Source of the DNA: Mobula hypostoma
Taxonomy: Eukaryota
Direction of reading: 5' to 3'
NCBI RefSeq assembly: GCF_963921235.1
Contig: NC_086097.1
Span: forward strand, 9,300,001-9,364,000
DNA: 64,000 bases
The translations under genes were made by a program, and so were the position numbers. Below are positions 11,685 to 24,477 of this stretch, piece after piece. The notes below the pieces were generated by a model that saw nothing but the letters and a program-made list of their open reading frames with translations, was not told where the DNA came from and ran no database searches. Within the stretch, counting starts at the first letter, position 1. The number at the start of each line of letters is the position of its first letter.

Positions 11685-12990
11685 ATTATTTCTATCATTG
11701 CCCTAGGGTGGCATAGTGACAAAATATTGAAAACACTACATCACAGCTCCACAGTCCCCAGTCCCCAGTTCAATCCTGTCCTCAGTTACTGTCAGTGTCC
11801 TCCCAAGCTCTACTGTCCCCAGTTCAATCTTGTTCTCAGTTCTCAGTGTGCACTTTGCACATTCCCCCTGTGACCACATTATTTTTATCTGACTGCTGGT
11901 TGCCTCCCATGTTTCACAGAGATGGTGGTTGGTTGGAGAAAAGCATCTCTCATGTATAGCTGACTGTCAGAATTTGTGGAGAACGGATGTTAAAGTAGGG
12001 AGAATAAATAAGATGATTGTAGGCTTAGCGTAAATGGGAATTTAATAGTTTATAATAACTGTGTGAAACAATGGGCCTGTCTTCCTGCATGTGATTCTAT
12101 TCTCAACTGTGTCTTTAGTTAGTTATCCATGCTCATTTGTCTTGTTGAGTTTCTGTATTTAAGTTCCCTCTGTTTTGTTTGTTTTTGCTCAGTGTTGAGT
12201 TTACCGACCTTGTGTGTAGCAATTCTCAAATGTTCTCTGCAAATCAATGCACAAGTAAAGACTCTATATTCAACTCCCTCTCACTTCTGTTCTCCTACGT
12301 ACTTGGGTCCATCTGGTCTAAGTCTCTCCTGGTAGTTCACTGATTAATGATACTGAACTTCACCATTGGAATCCTGATTAAAACCCAGCCTGGCAATCAC
12401 CCCAGTTATGATTAGCCGTAGCAAGGTCCATGTTGTCAACTTCTTCTTTACTAAACAAGTATTTTTCTGAAAATCCTTATTAGATTCAGTATTGTCACAT
12501 GCACCAATATAGCAGAAGTGGCATATTCCGTGCTTCAAGAAATATTGCAAAATATTATCATGCCAGGGTTTTGCCTGACTTGTGGAAGATTTGCAGATCA
12601 TCATGTCTCTCCCGGTATCTACAGTATCCTATTGTGCTCTTGGGCTGTGTCGTTGATGAAGGCTTAGTGAATTGCCACACTGCATCTTGCAAACAGATTA
12701 ACAACTCACCTCTTAAATGGGAACAGCAATATATCATTGATATGCATGCTAGGGATTATTCTGGAGTTATGGAATTATGGATAGCATAATTATGGATTAA
12801 ATATAATAAGAACCAGTCTTCAGAAAATAAAATCAACACACACAAAATGCTGGAGGATCTCAGTAAGTCAGACAGCATCTATGGACAAGACTAAATGTTT
12901 TGCGCTGGAACCCAGAATGTTGACTACTTACTCCCTTCCATAGTTCCTCCAGCATTTAGTTTGTGTTGCTCAGGAATTCCAACAGCTCTA

Positions 12991-13835
12991 TGTAATCCTC
13001 TCACCAGGGACTTGAATACAGACTTGGCTTGCTAGCTAACACTGCTAACAGCCATGTGTCTCAGCAGTGAGAAGGCCACATTTCATAAACTATGTAGGGT
13101 CAATATGATTGGGGGTTCAACCAAACAGGAAAGTTGGTATGTTGTGATTAAGGAACATTAATTGTAGCGAATGCTCTGTAAATACTGTTCCTTGCAAAGT
13201 TATCACTTGCAAGAAAATTAACAGAAAGTATACTGGCATAAAATTATAAAGAAATATATTCACCAAATTTACAGTTATGGAAAAAATTTAAAAAAAAATA
13301 AAAAGGCCCATTAAAGTTACGCAGTCCAATGTGCACATAAACGTTGGAGCTGATTTCTGGGGTATCTGGGGGTGGACCACTTTACTCACATGTGGAAACC
13401 GTGGTCTGCATGAAGACACCCACCGCAGTCTGAACTTCTGGTGAGGACCATCTCGAATGAACTGGCTAATTCAGGAGCATTGGCACTTCCTCCCTTGAAC
13501 CATTCATCTGCACAAAGCACCTCATAGGACGGGGTCTCTCTTTCGAACGGCATTTGGCAGGCATCTTCCCTTGTTCCCTGATCCACAGCTCCTGCCAAAC
13601 GACGCCAAACCAGACTACTGTCCTTCAGAACTCTCCTCCTGCCAGCACTCTTGGATGTTCCACTGGGCAGAAACTTACAACACATACTAAGACAACCACG
13701 ATTGGCTGACACCACATTCCTAAATTGGACAACATAGCCGATGCCAAAACACTCTCACTGGCAGGAAACATTGCTTTTACAGAACTGTTAAAATAAAAAT
13801 AGCATAGCAGTAGAAATCTTACCCATGCCATTACA
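12991..13835 (-). mobile_element. Solo-LTR-like element
   Basis: Perfect inverted termini TGTAAT...ATTACA. Flanks TCTA/TGTA are a possible 4-bp TSD with one mismatch. Related to 11127-11684. Confidence 0.6.
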
Positions 13836-14940
13836 TGTAAAATATCTTGTGTTAAGAAATAAAACTTGTTCTCAATTTCAACAGATACTTTAAAGTGATT
13901 AAAACCAGTCACTGAGGGTGGAATATTCTGATTTTGTCACACTGAAAATATGCAGAAGAAAACAATAATGTTCATGTTACTCTATACTTTATACTTTATT
14001 GTTGTCAAACAATTGGTACTAGAACGTACAATCATCACAGCGATATTTGATTCTGCACTTCTCACTCCCTGGATTACAAATATTAAATATTAAAAATAGT
14101 AAAAATTAGAGGTCATTGAATATTTCAGACTGAGATCAGGGAAGGCACTAAGTGGGCATTTCCTATCTAACACATTGTTAAAGATGTATCCCTGACACTC
14201 AATGCACACTTGAGGCTAGGTTTGTATTGTTAGTTCTGGTTAGTTGTCTGTTCAGTGTGCCAGCCACCAATATGGTAACAAAAGGGATACATATTGTCAC
14301 ACAAATGGCCACAGTGCTATTGGTTTAAAGAAATGTTATAGAATACTACCTAACACATTGTCTATGAATGTAAGAATGAAAAGACATTGCACAATTTTTA
14401 AAAATTATTTATAATAGTTAAATTTTATTTTGATGAAAAAGGGGAATATAAATTTCAGTGCCCAATTTATTAGGTATCTCCTGTACCTAATGAAGAGGCC
14501 ACTGAGAGTATGTTTGTGTTTTCTGCTGCTGTTACCCATCCACTCAAAGTCAGATATGTTCTGTTTTCTGAGATGCTCTTCTGCATATCACTGATGTAAC
14601 AATGGGTATCTGAGTTACTGTCACCTTCCTGTCAGCTTGACCCAGTCGAGCCATTCTCCTCTGACCTATCTCACTAACAAGATGTTTTCGCCCGCAGAAC
14701 TGCTGTTCATCTGACGTGATTTTTTTTGCACCATCCTCCATAAACTCGAGTCTAGAAACCTGTTGTACATGAAATTCCCAGAAGGTTAGCAGTATCTGAG
14801 ATACACAAGCAACCCTGTCTGGCACCACCAATCATCCCATGGTCAAAGTCACTTCAATCACATTTCTTCCCCATTCTGATATTTGGTCTGAAAAGCAAAT
14901 GAACTTCTTGACCACGTCTGCGTGCATTTAATGCATTGAA

Positions 14941-16700
14941 TTGACTGAGTGGTTTAATTTGCCTGAGTGGTATAATAACAACAACCTCTCACTCAATGTC
15001 AAAAAGACCAAGGAACTGATAGCAGACTTCAGAAGAGGGAAACCAGAGGATCATGAGTCAGTAATTATCAGAGGATCAAAGATGGAGAGGATCAGTAACT
15101 TTAAATTTATGGGTGTTACTATCCCAGAAGACCTCTCTTGGGCCAATCAAATAAGTATTACTATGAAGAAAGCACGACAGCACCTCTACTTCCTCAGGAG
15201 TCTGTGGAGACTCCGCATGTCATCAAAAACCTTAGCAAACTTCTAAAGATGTTTGGTGGAAAGGGTGCTTACTTGCTGGATTACGGCCTGGTATGGGAAC
15301 ACCGATGCCTTTGAGCGGAAAATCCCACAAAAGGTAGTGGATTTGGTCCAGTACGTGTAGAATACCACCCACCCCCGCCCAAACATTAAGCACATCTACG
15401 TGAAATATTGCAGCATTTGTCATCAAGGATCCTCACCATCTAGGCTGTGCTCTTTTCTCGCTGCTGCCATCATGTAGAAGTTACAGGAGTCTCAGGACTC
15501 ACACCACCAGGTTCAAGAGCAGTTACTAATCCTCAACCATCAGGCTCTTGAACAAAAGTGGATAACTACACTCATTTAAGGACAATTTTATCGTGTTATT
15601 CCATGCTCATTATTTATTGCTATTTATTTTATTTCTACATTTGCACAATTTCTTTACAGTTTACAGTTCCTAGTGTTGCAGTTACTGTTCTATGGATTTG
15701 CTATCATGGTCTGGTCCATGAAGTCCGCATTGCAGTTCACAGTCTGGTCCATGGACTCAGGACTCCAGGTCTTCCAGCTGTCCCTTGTTTGAGTTAATCA
15801 TAGGCATCTGATTCCCATTTTGTGGCTTGGAATATAAGTAGCCTCGGGGTTGAGTGTGGGCTGCTGGTTTGTCTTGTCAGTTCCTTTTGGAGTAACCTGC
15901 TGATGGAAAGGCAGTGAAACCATTTGTGATCTCTAGGCCTGGTTGGAGGACCTCTGCCTTGTTGGAGCCTCATGGAGCTTTGTTGTCACTTGTCAGAAGT
16001 CATTGTGGTATGGATTTGGCTGTTTCTGTAGCCAGCCAAGTTTGCTGGCTGCCCTGAGACTGACAGCCACCCTGGATTGAGCTCCTTTCCTGTCCTTGCC
16101 TCTGTTGGGTAAGCCAGGCTGTTTGCTGTTACCCTGTAGTTGGGTCGGTCCTTCCTTGTCCTTGCCTCTGTGGGATGAAGTTCTGTGTCCTGCCCAGGAG
16201 TTCTGCTTCCTGCCCAGGAGAAGCTCCCAGAACCCAAGCCTCGGGGATCCCGCAGCCGAGCTCCCAGAACCCAAGCCTTGGGGATCCCACAGCCGAGCTC
16301 CCAGAACCCAAGCCTCCAGTCATGTCCTGTCCTGAAGCCATGTCCTGTCCTTGGCTGGTTCTAGGGTCTGAGCCTGAGGCAAGACCCAGGTTCTCGGTCC
16401 TTGTCCAGTCTCGGGCTTGGAGTCGAAGCCTTGTCTCCTAGTCCATGGTTTCTAGTCCTGGTCCCGCTTTCCCTAGCCCAAGTCTGTGTTCTTGTCCCTG
16501 CTCCTGATCTGAATCCTGTCATGTCCCTACTCTAGTCAAGTCCTGTTCCTTGTCCTTCAGTGTCTGTCTCGCATTTGGGTCCGTTCCCAGCACCCTATTG
16601 TGATATTTGCTAAGTATGCCTGCAGAAAAAGAATCTCAGTGTTGTTTATAGTGACGTGTATGTATTCCGATAATAAATTTTACTTTGAATTTTGAACTTT
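14941..16700 (+). mobile_element. Rex1/Babar LINE 3' fragment containing a solo LTR
   Basis: NNLSLNVKKTKELIADFRR, FKFMGVTI..DLSW, KKARQHLYFLRSL. The UTR resumes at 16606 and ends in (TTTGAAC)n. Confidence 0.85.
15702..16605 (+). mobile_element. Solo-LTR-like insert with 5-bp TSD and internal ~36-bp tandem repeats
   Basis: TSD TTTGC at 15697-15701 and 16606-16610. Inverted termini TATCA...TGATA. AGCTCCCAGAACCCAAGCCT occurs three times at ~16222-16316. Confidence 0.8.
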
Positions 16701-17497
16701 GAGTTGCTGCTGCATCATTGGCTGATTGGATATTTGCATCAACGAGCTGGTATACTATATAGATGTACCTGATAATGAGGCAGCAGAGTGAATTTTGGAT
16801 TTCTGAAGTTTATGATCAGTGGTTTTTAGAACAGACACCAGTATTGAATTTTCAAAGGTATTCTGCTTGTTGGGTTCCGTTCCCACAACGTATAGACTCA
16901 CTTTCAAGGATTCTTCATCTCATTTCTCAATGTTTATTTTTTTTTATTTGTTTATTTATTTTCCACTTGCAAACTTGCATACTTTATGCACATTGGTTGT
17001 GTCCATCCTGCTGTGTGTGGCCTTTCATTGATTCTATTGTGTTTCTTGTATTTACTGTGATTGGCTACAAGAAAATCAATCTCAGGGTTGGATGTGGTGA
17101 CATGTACAATACTGTGCAAAAGTCTTAAGCACACATCTATAGCTAGGGCGCCTACGACCTTTACACAGTGCTGTTGTAATTTTATGGATTGCACTGTACT
17201 GCTGCCACAAAAAAAGAAATCATGACATATGTGAGTGATGATAAACCGTATTCTGATATGGGCCTCTATTGTGGACTGAGAGTGGGAAGCAGAGAAGGGA
17301 AAGGGCAATCAAGGTTGGGGAAAAGGGGAAGGGAGAAAGAAGAGAATGGGAAACACCAGACAGACATTCTGTAATGATCAATAAATCAATTGTTTGGAAT
17401 CAAATTACCTTGCCTGGTGTCTCAGAATTGTGTGTATGTCTGCAGCCGAGCCACCCCTGCACCTGGCACTCCTTCTCTGCCACCTGCCCCACACCCA

Positions 17498-19345
17498 GAA
17501 GACTATAAGACCATAAGATATAGGAGCAGAATTAGGCCATTTAGCCCATTGAATCTGCTCCACCATTTCATCATGGCTGATCCAATTTTCCTCTCAGCCC
17601 CAATCTCCTGCCTTTTCCCTGCATCCCTTCATGCCCTGTCCAATCAAGAATCTAACAACCTCTGCTTAAATATGCATAAAGACGGCCTCCATAGCTGCCT
17701 GTGGCAAATAAATTCACAGATTCACCATCCTCTGGCTAAAGAAATTCCTCCTCATATCTGTTTAAAAAGGATGCCCCTCTATTCTGAGGCTGTGTCCTCT
17801 GGTTTTAGACTCTCCCACCATGGGAAACATCCACTCTATCAAGGCCTTGCAACATTTGATAGGTTTCAATTAGGTCTCCCCTCATTCTTCTGAATTCCAG
17901 TGAATAGTGAGTACAAGCTCAGAGCCATCAAATACACTTCATATGAAAAGCCATTCAATCCAGCTATTATTTTGTGAACCTTTTTTGAACTCTCTCCAGT
18001 TTCAGCACATCTTTTCTAAGGTAAGGGACCAAAACCATCTCACAATACTCTTAGTAAGGCCTCACCAGTGTTTATAAAGTTTCAACACTACATCCTTGCA
18101 TTTATATTCCAGTTCTCTTGAAATGAATGCTAACATTGTATTTGCCTCGCTCACCACAGACTCAACCGGCAAATTAACTTCAGGGGATCCTGCACAAAAC
18201 CCCAAGTCTTTGCACCTCAGTTTTTTTTTGTATTTTCTTTCCATTTGGAAAATAATCAACACTTTCATTTCTTCTACCAAAGTGCATGACCAAACACTTC
18301 CTGATACTGTACTCCATGTGCCATTTCTTTGTCCATCCTCCTAATCTTATTTTCCTTCTGTAGTCTCTCTATTTCCTCAAAATTAGCAGCTCTGCCCTCT
18401 ATCTTCATATGGTCTGGAAACTTTTCAACAAAGCCATCAATTCCATTATCCAAATCATTGACATATAATATAAAAAGAATTAGTCCTAACACAGACTCCT
18501 GTGGAACATCACTAGTCACCAGCAGTCAGTCAGAAAAGGCTCCCTTTATTCCCACTATTTGCTTCCTGCCAAACTTCCACCACACTGCTGGAGTCTTTCA
18601 CAGTGAAGACTGATGCAAGATACTTATTCAGTTAATCCTGTATATCATTGTTCTACTTTACTACCTCTCCTGCTTCATTTTCTAACAGTCCAATGTCTAC
18701 TCTCGCCTCTCTTTTATGTATCTGAAGAAACTTTTGGTATCCTCTTTAATATTATTTGTTAGCTTACTTTCGTATTTCATCTTTACTTTCTTCATGACTA
18801 TTTTAGTTGCCTTCTGTTGGTTTATAAAAGCTTCCCAATCCTCTAACTTCCACTAATTTTTGCTCTATTATATGCCCTCTCTTTGAATTTTATGCTAGTT
18901 TTCACTTCTCTTGTTATCCATGGCCTTTGGGCCTCTTTGGGATGTATATATCCTGTGCCTTCTGCATTGCTTCCAGATATTCCAGCTATTGCTAGTCTGC
19001 CATTATCCCTGCCAGTCAATTCTTTTCCAATCAGTTCTGGCTAACTCCTCTTTCATGCCTCTGTAATTGCCTTTACTCCACTGTAATACTGATGTGTCTG
19101 ACTTTAGCTTCTCCTTCTCAAATTCCAGGGAGAATTTGATCACATTGTGATCACTTTCCCCTAAGGGTTCCTTTACCTTAAGCTCTCTAATCAATTGTTT
19201 CATTTCACAACACCCAATCCAGAATAGCTGATCGTCTAGTGGGCTCAGCTCTGAGCTGCTCTAAAAGGCATCTGGTAGGCACTCTAGAAATTCCACCTCC
19301 TGGACTCCAGCACAAACTTAATTTTCCCAATATACCTGCAATTAC
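17498..19345 (-). mobile_element. CR1 LINE, decayed and internally deleted
   Basis: AAGACCAT-type tail at the left end. Minus-strand peptides TSDVPQESVLG..LF.LYVNDLD.G and LKVKEPLGESDHNVIKF. Confidence 0.85.
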
Positions 19346-19870
19346 AACATAAGTTGGGAGATTGCTTTGCCAAGCATCTACTCTCCATTTACCAGAACAA
19401 GTGGAATCTTCCAGTGGGACCTATTTTAATTCCACTTCTGATTCCCATTCCGATATGTCCATCCATGGCCTTCTCCACTGTCGTGATAAGGCCACACTTA
19501 AGTCCAACCTGATGGCGTGAACATCAATTTCTCAAACTTCCAGTAATGCTTCTTCCCCTCCTCCACCATTTCCTATCCCCTTTTTCCCCCTCTCATGTTA
19601 TCTCCTTGCCCACCCATCACCTCTCTCTGGTGCTCCTTCTGCCCACCCCATTTTTTTCTTTCTTCCATGGCCTTCTGTCTCTTTCACCAAGCAACTTCCC
19701 AGCTCTTCATCCCTCCCCCTCCAAGTTTCACCAATCGCCTGGTGTTTCTCTATCCTCTCCCCCACCTTTCACATCTACTCAGCTTTTTTTCTCCAGTCCT
19801 GCTGAAGGATTTTTTTTTCCCATAGGTGGTGCCTGGCCTGCTGAGTTCCTCCAGCATTTTGTGTATGTTG
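19345..19870 (+). mobile_element. Penelope-like 3' fragment
   Basis: Homologous to the reverse complement of 9296-9930 (GIY-YIG tail, pyrimidine tract, CTGCTGAGTTCCTCCAGCATTTTGTG end). Confidence 0.75.
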
Positions 19871-20018
19871 CATTCCACCCTCGCCATTCACAAAATCCTT
19901 TGCTCCCACCAGAGTTACAAACTTGCTCTCCACTCCATGCTGACAAATACAGCATTGCACAGACGTCTTAGGCATCCTAGTTATATCTCTCTCTCTGACT
20001 TTTGCATGGTACTGTATG

Positions 20019-20238
20019 AAAAGGAAATTGCCTTTTAAACTCATGAGAGAGCATAGGCCATCAACTTTTTGCTGTTGATGTTTCCGTAGCAGGCAAATTC
20101 TTTTTTACGAGGTCGAGTTGCTAGCTCGACGCTCAACCCAGCACGGATGGAAAGCATGCCAGAAGAGCCGGCTGGATTCAAACTCGGGAGCCTTCGCTCC
20201 AAAGTCCGGCGCTGATTCCACTATGCCACCAGCCTGCT
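20019..20238 (-). mobile_element. tRNA-derived SINE with 13-bp TSD
   Basis: TSD ATGGTACTGTATG at 20006-20018 and 20239-20251. Minus-strand A box TGGCATAGTGG and B-box-like GAGTTTGAATCC. Confidence 0.8.
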
Positions 20239-21439
20239 ATGGTACTGTATGTAGTTTGATAATAAATTTGCTTTGAACTTTGGACCTTGAAGTTTATAAC
20301 TGTACAAAGTTATGTTTGTTTAAAAAGTATAAAAAATTGTATTGGGAGATCGAGGCAATTCTCTCTCCAGAAGATCTGTTGTATGAATAAAGATTTTTAT
20401 TTTTCCTGTTTACGTCTCCGATGTGGTTTGGTTTAATCAGTCACAACAATGCACAGGCACATTTCGATGATGGAGTTTCCAAAGTCAAGTTATTTTACTA
20501 CAAAAAAGAGTACTGTTATTAGGCCTGGATTTTTAAGAATGATTTTTGCCCAAGAGTTTGATTATTGGTCATAGGATATTATCTTTGCACCTGTTACCTA
20601 TTGTAATGTAATCATTCTGTTAAGGTATTAACTGAAGTCTGCTCTACCATATGAGAGAAACTGCATTCTAACTCCCAGCAAGTCTCAAAAAATAACATTG
20701 AAGCAATATATTGATTGACGAATCCTGCACAGTTCAATTCACTTTCTAAATATACCTTGGGATCAGAAGCTGCCCAGTCTTCTGCTTTGTTGTTAATTAC
20801 ACTGCTGGAACTCCTAATATTGACTTTATGTATCTTAAATGTCACAGTGTTTATAGTAGTGATTCTTCTGTGAATCTATGGTTCTATTTGCAATTCTGTT
20901 TTTGTTTAGTGTGAAGTAAATCTAGGCGCATGTACAGATGTGTGCAAGAACGGGTTCGCGTTTAAGTGCATGTTCAAATTTATTGTCATCTGACTGTAGA
21001 TACTGTGTTAACAAGCAAACAACTGGACCTATCACAGTCAGCTCATGCAACAAAATATTACCCTAAATGTTAATAAAATTTAGTAAAGATGAGATCATGA
21101 AGGGGCTTAGACTCTTTTCAGCAATTTCCTAAACAAAACCTATTATCTGAGATTATTTCAAGACACACAAAATGTGATGGGGGTCCTTAATGATGGATGC
21201 CACCGTTCTGAGGTGAGCTGATCAAGGCCAGAGATAATCAATGGAATACACATTTTAAAACATTCTTAGCTGCATCGCTGTCCTTGAAGTAAATATTCTT
21301 GTGTCAAACACAAACAAATCTATTTGGTTTGGCCTTGATGTCACTCTGATTGTCATTTTGACTCCTTGTCAATGAGCTAACCAAAAGACAATAGGCCTCC
21401 GAAGCAGATAGTATCTTTGCTGAAGTTTTGAATCAGGGC

Positions 21440-22900
21440 TGAGAACATTAAGTCAAAACTCCACAGGATTATTGTGGAGAAAGTGGCAGAATACCTCTGA
21501 GATTCTAACATTGTGAACATCTTGAAGAAATCAGATAAATCCAACAGAGGTAGCTACTGAGGGGTCTTTGTGAAACCTGCCACAAAGAATTCTCTACAGG
21601 GTCCTCCTGAATCATGTCATTTCAGAGGTTCACTCCTGGATCACCATACAACCATCCATCACGATCTTCACTAAGTTGAAGGGAATTGCAGGGAAATTCC
21701 CCAATCTTTTTCCATATCACTGAAGTTTTGTCTCCATCAATAGGGAGCAATTTGAGACTGTCCTGCTCAAATTCCATTGCCCACATAAATTTTGCTTCAT
21801 GATGATATGTGTTGCATACCTCATGGATATCTTGTGACTGTCTTATGAGGATGATGTAATGGTCTTACATAGGTTACAGGATGTAAATTTTCCTGCCGAT
21901 GTGAGGTCACGTGATGACCTGTTCTCAACAGGTATATATAAGGGTAGACCCCCGGTGACACAGTTAGTTTTCCCAGTTGAGTTTTAAGTTTAGTTCTTCA
22001 GTTACTCCGTATTGCTGCATATTTTTTTTATGGTACAGTTTTGTTTTAAAACAGAGTTTTACTTTCTATTGTAAGGTACAGAAGTGTTGGGCTGGTAGTT
22101 TCACCAATCGCTGCCAGGTTTGTTGATGTATCTTTTCAGTAGTATTGGAGAGTGAAGACAGGAACCTGAAGGAGTCGTCTGGCGGTTTCGGAAGCGGATC
22201 AACCATTATTGAATTTGTTCAAGTAAGTGTGATCTGCATGAGATAACCTCTGCTAAAAGCAGCAGAAAAGTTTGTGCAGTATCTAGTCTACAGAGGAAAA
22301 AGTTCAGTGCCTTTAAACCATTTTATTTCTGTCGTTGTGAATCCTGCGGACAAGGCACGTTCCGGCTGGGATCAGCAGTAACGCCGAGTCTTCGAGGAAT
22401 TCTTTACTTCAGCAAAGTCCCTCCTAATTGACTGAATAAATCTCTTGGACTTTCAAACTTACCATTCTAAGAACTGTATTCTAATTCACCACTTTAAGAC
22501 TGTGTTAGCATTTACCACTTTAAGAACTAGTACTGAGTTTAGAAGTTTGTTAAATGGCAGCAAAGCAGTTTACTTCCAGTTAAGGTTTTCATTTGTTTAT
22601 CTTTTTACTAATTTTGAGCAGAGTTTAATAAATGTTTATTTTTTTTTAAAACCTGACTCATTTCTATATTCATTGTTGCTGGTCATGTGACATATGCCAG
22701 CCATGAACTTAACCATAGGTCTCTAACAGAAGCCAATCTCTGGGAAAATCTGGTGTCACCTAAGGCTTCATTAGTACCCATACACCTTTTCTAACTCTCT
22801 AGGAAGCATTCTGTGGGAGTGAAGTTAAGTTTCAGAACTTAAAGCAATGACGCCTCCATGGCCAAAATCACCTGAACTTTAGTAGTCAATTTCTAGGACA
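21440..22900 (+). mobile_element. Ancient RTE-clade LINE RT remnant, split by a solo LTR
   Basis: 21500-21570 reads DSNIVNILKKSDKSNRGSY*GV, similar to the RTE DA.IV.I.KKGD...C.NYRGIS motif. CP.KF and LHDDM immediately precede the LTR. Confidence 0.5.
21810..22692 (+). mobile_element. Solo LTR with 4-bp TSD
   Basis: TGT...ACA termini. TSD TATG at 21806-21809 and 22693-22696. TATA-like GGTATATATAAGGG at ~21931 and AATAAA at ~22435 and ~22627. Confidence 0.8.
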
Positions 22901-24477
22901 TAGATGACAATTGTCCTGACGAAGGGTCTCAGCCTGAAATGTCGACTGTTTACTCTTTTCCATACATGCTGCCTGGCTTGCTGAGTTCCTTCAGCACCTT
23001 GTGTATGTTGTTTGGATTTCCAGTATCTGCAAATTTTCTGTTGTTTTCGACAATTGCACTTACATACATTTGTAGGATGAGTTCCAAGACATTGTCAATT
23101 TGTTCAAAGATCCAAAGTACATTTATTATCAAAGCATTTATGCAGTATACAGCCCCGCGATCCATCATCCCCACAAACAGCCACAAAAAAACATGGAACC
23201 CATTCAAAGATAAACATCAAACCCCCAAGTGCAAAGAACAACTTATGCAAAGAATACAAAAAAAATCGATCAAAGCACACACAATATAAAACATCAAACC
23301 ACAAGTCAAACCATCGAGGGATATTCAGCCCAGCCCTGTCTTGTTCAATCCAGGGCTGCACTGCTAGTTGGCCCAGCACCAGCCCATACCAATCAAATCG
23401 CACAAAACAGTGACCAGAAACACACCACAACGTGAACCACAGAGTCTAGTTCACAACCGTGTTAATTAAGCTTTGCCCATCCAGCAGCATTGAGAGAGAG
23501 GGAGAGAGAGACTCTGATCAGTACAGGCACCTTCCTCCAAAAGCAATGAGTGGAAGCGAGAGAGAAACCAGTCACCTGCAGGCACTGAACACCTGCTCAC
23601 CTTCTGCTCTCTACCTCATCGATCTCAATCTTCCTCGAAGTGACATCTGCCTGAATTGGTATCACTTCACTCAAAACCTCACCAAACACCCTCGGAAACA
23701 GTAAAGCACCAGATCAACAATCGGCCCAAAAAGAAACACAGGAAGATAGCCCTTATGCTCACGACCCACAAGACAGAGAACATCTAGCAATCTACCCCGG
23801 CTTTGCAACATCACACTCTAACAATAACAGTTTGTGGCAAGAGGGGTTAGTACAATCACTTTACAGTAGCAGAGATCACTGGTGGGGTTCGATTCCTGCC
23901 TCTGTCCGTAAAGAGTCTGAATGTTCACCCAGGTGCTCCCACTTTCCTCCCAAATTCCTAAGACCAACAGGCTAGGGTTAGTAAATCGAGGCCACGTTAT
24001 GTTGGCACTTGCGAGCAGCCCCCAGCGCAAACCTGGTTCGCAAAACAATGCACTTCAATGTATGTTTCAATGTTTCAATATGACTATGAGAAATAAAGCC
24101 AAGATTTTGGAAAATGTTGACCATTTTTTGTGTCCTTGGAGTCTCCTCTCAGTGATGACAGACATTAATGATGAAATTCACCATGGTTTCCAATGCACCA
24201 GTGGGCCATAATTTTTCCAACTCCTCCATTTAAGAATAGTTTCAAGACAGCTTCAAGAACAGTTACTATCCGTCAACTATCAGGCTTCTTAAATAAAAGG
24301 GGATAACCGCACTCACTTGCCCATCCATTGAAATGTTCCCACAACCAATGATCTCACTTTAAGGACTCTTTATCTAGTTATTTCATATCCTCATTATTTG
24401 TTGCTATTTGTTTATATTTGCATTTGCACAGGTTGTTGTCTTCCGCACTCTACTTCATCTTTCATGATCCTGTAATA

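Larger units (their letters stand above)
14455..16790 (-). mobile_element. Non-autonomous Tc1-like element split by a Rex1 insertion (Tc1 parts 14455-14940 and ~16700-16790)
   Basis: Transposase remnant GRKHLVSE.GQRRMARL.QADRK.TVTQI, Tc1-type CACTCAGTGGCC...TTATTAGGTAC terminal motifs, and homology to 28092-28625. Confidence 0.7.
17107..20014. mobile_element. Hairpin-bounded Tc1-type non-autonomous element, split (17107-17497 and 19871-20014)
   Basis: TA-flanked termini related to CAGTACTGTGCAAAAGTCTTAGGCAC. The core is collinear with the copy at 36320-36924 across the interruption. Confidence 0.7.

Noticed and set aside
13386..13715. 109-aa minus-strand ORF ending near a good splice donor (CAT|GTGAGT at ~13390), as a possible host exon
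   Set aside because: It lies wholly inside the solo-LTR-like element 12991-13835. The peptide resembles nothing I recognise and there is no partner exon.
20150..20238. tRNA gene (A and B boxes; also 44510-44580)
   Set aside because: These are SINE heads with TSDs and LINE-like tails. No complete cloverleaf is evident.
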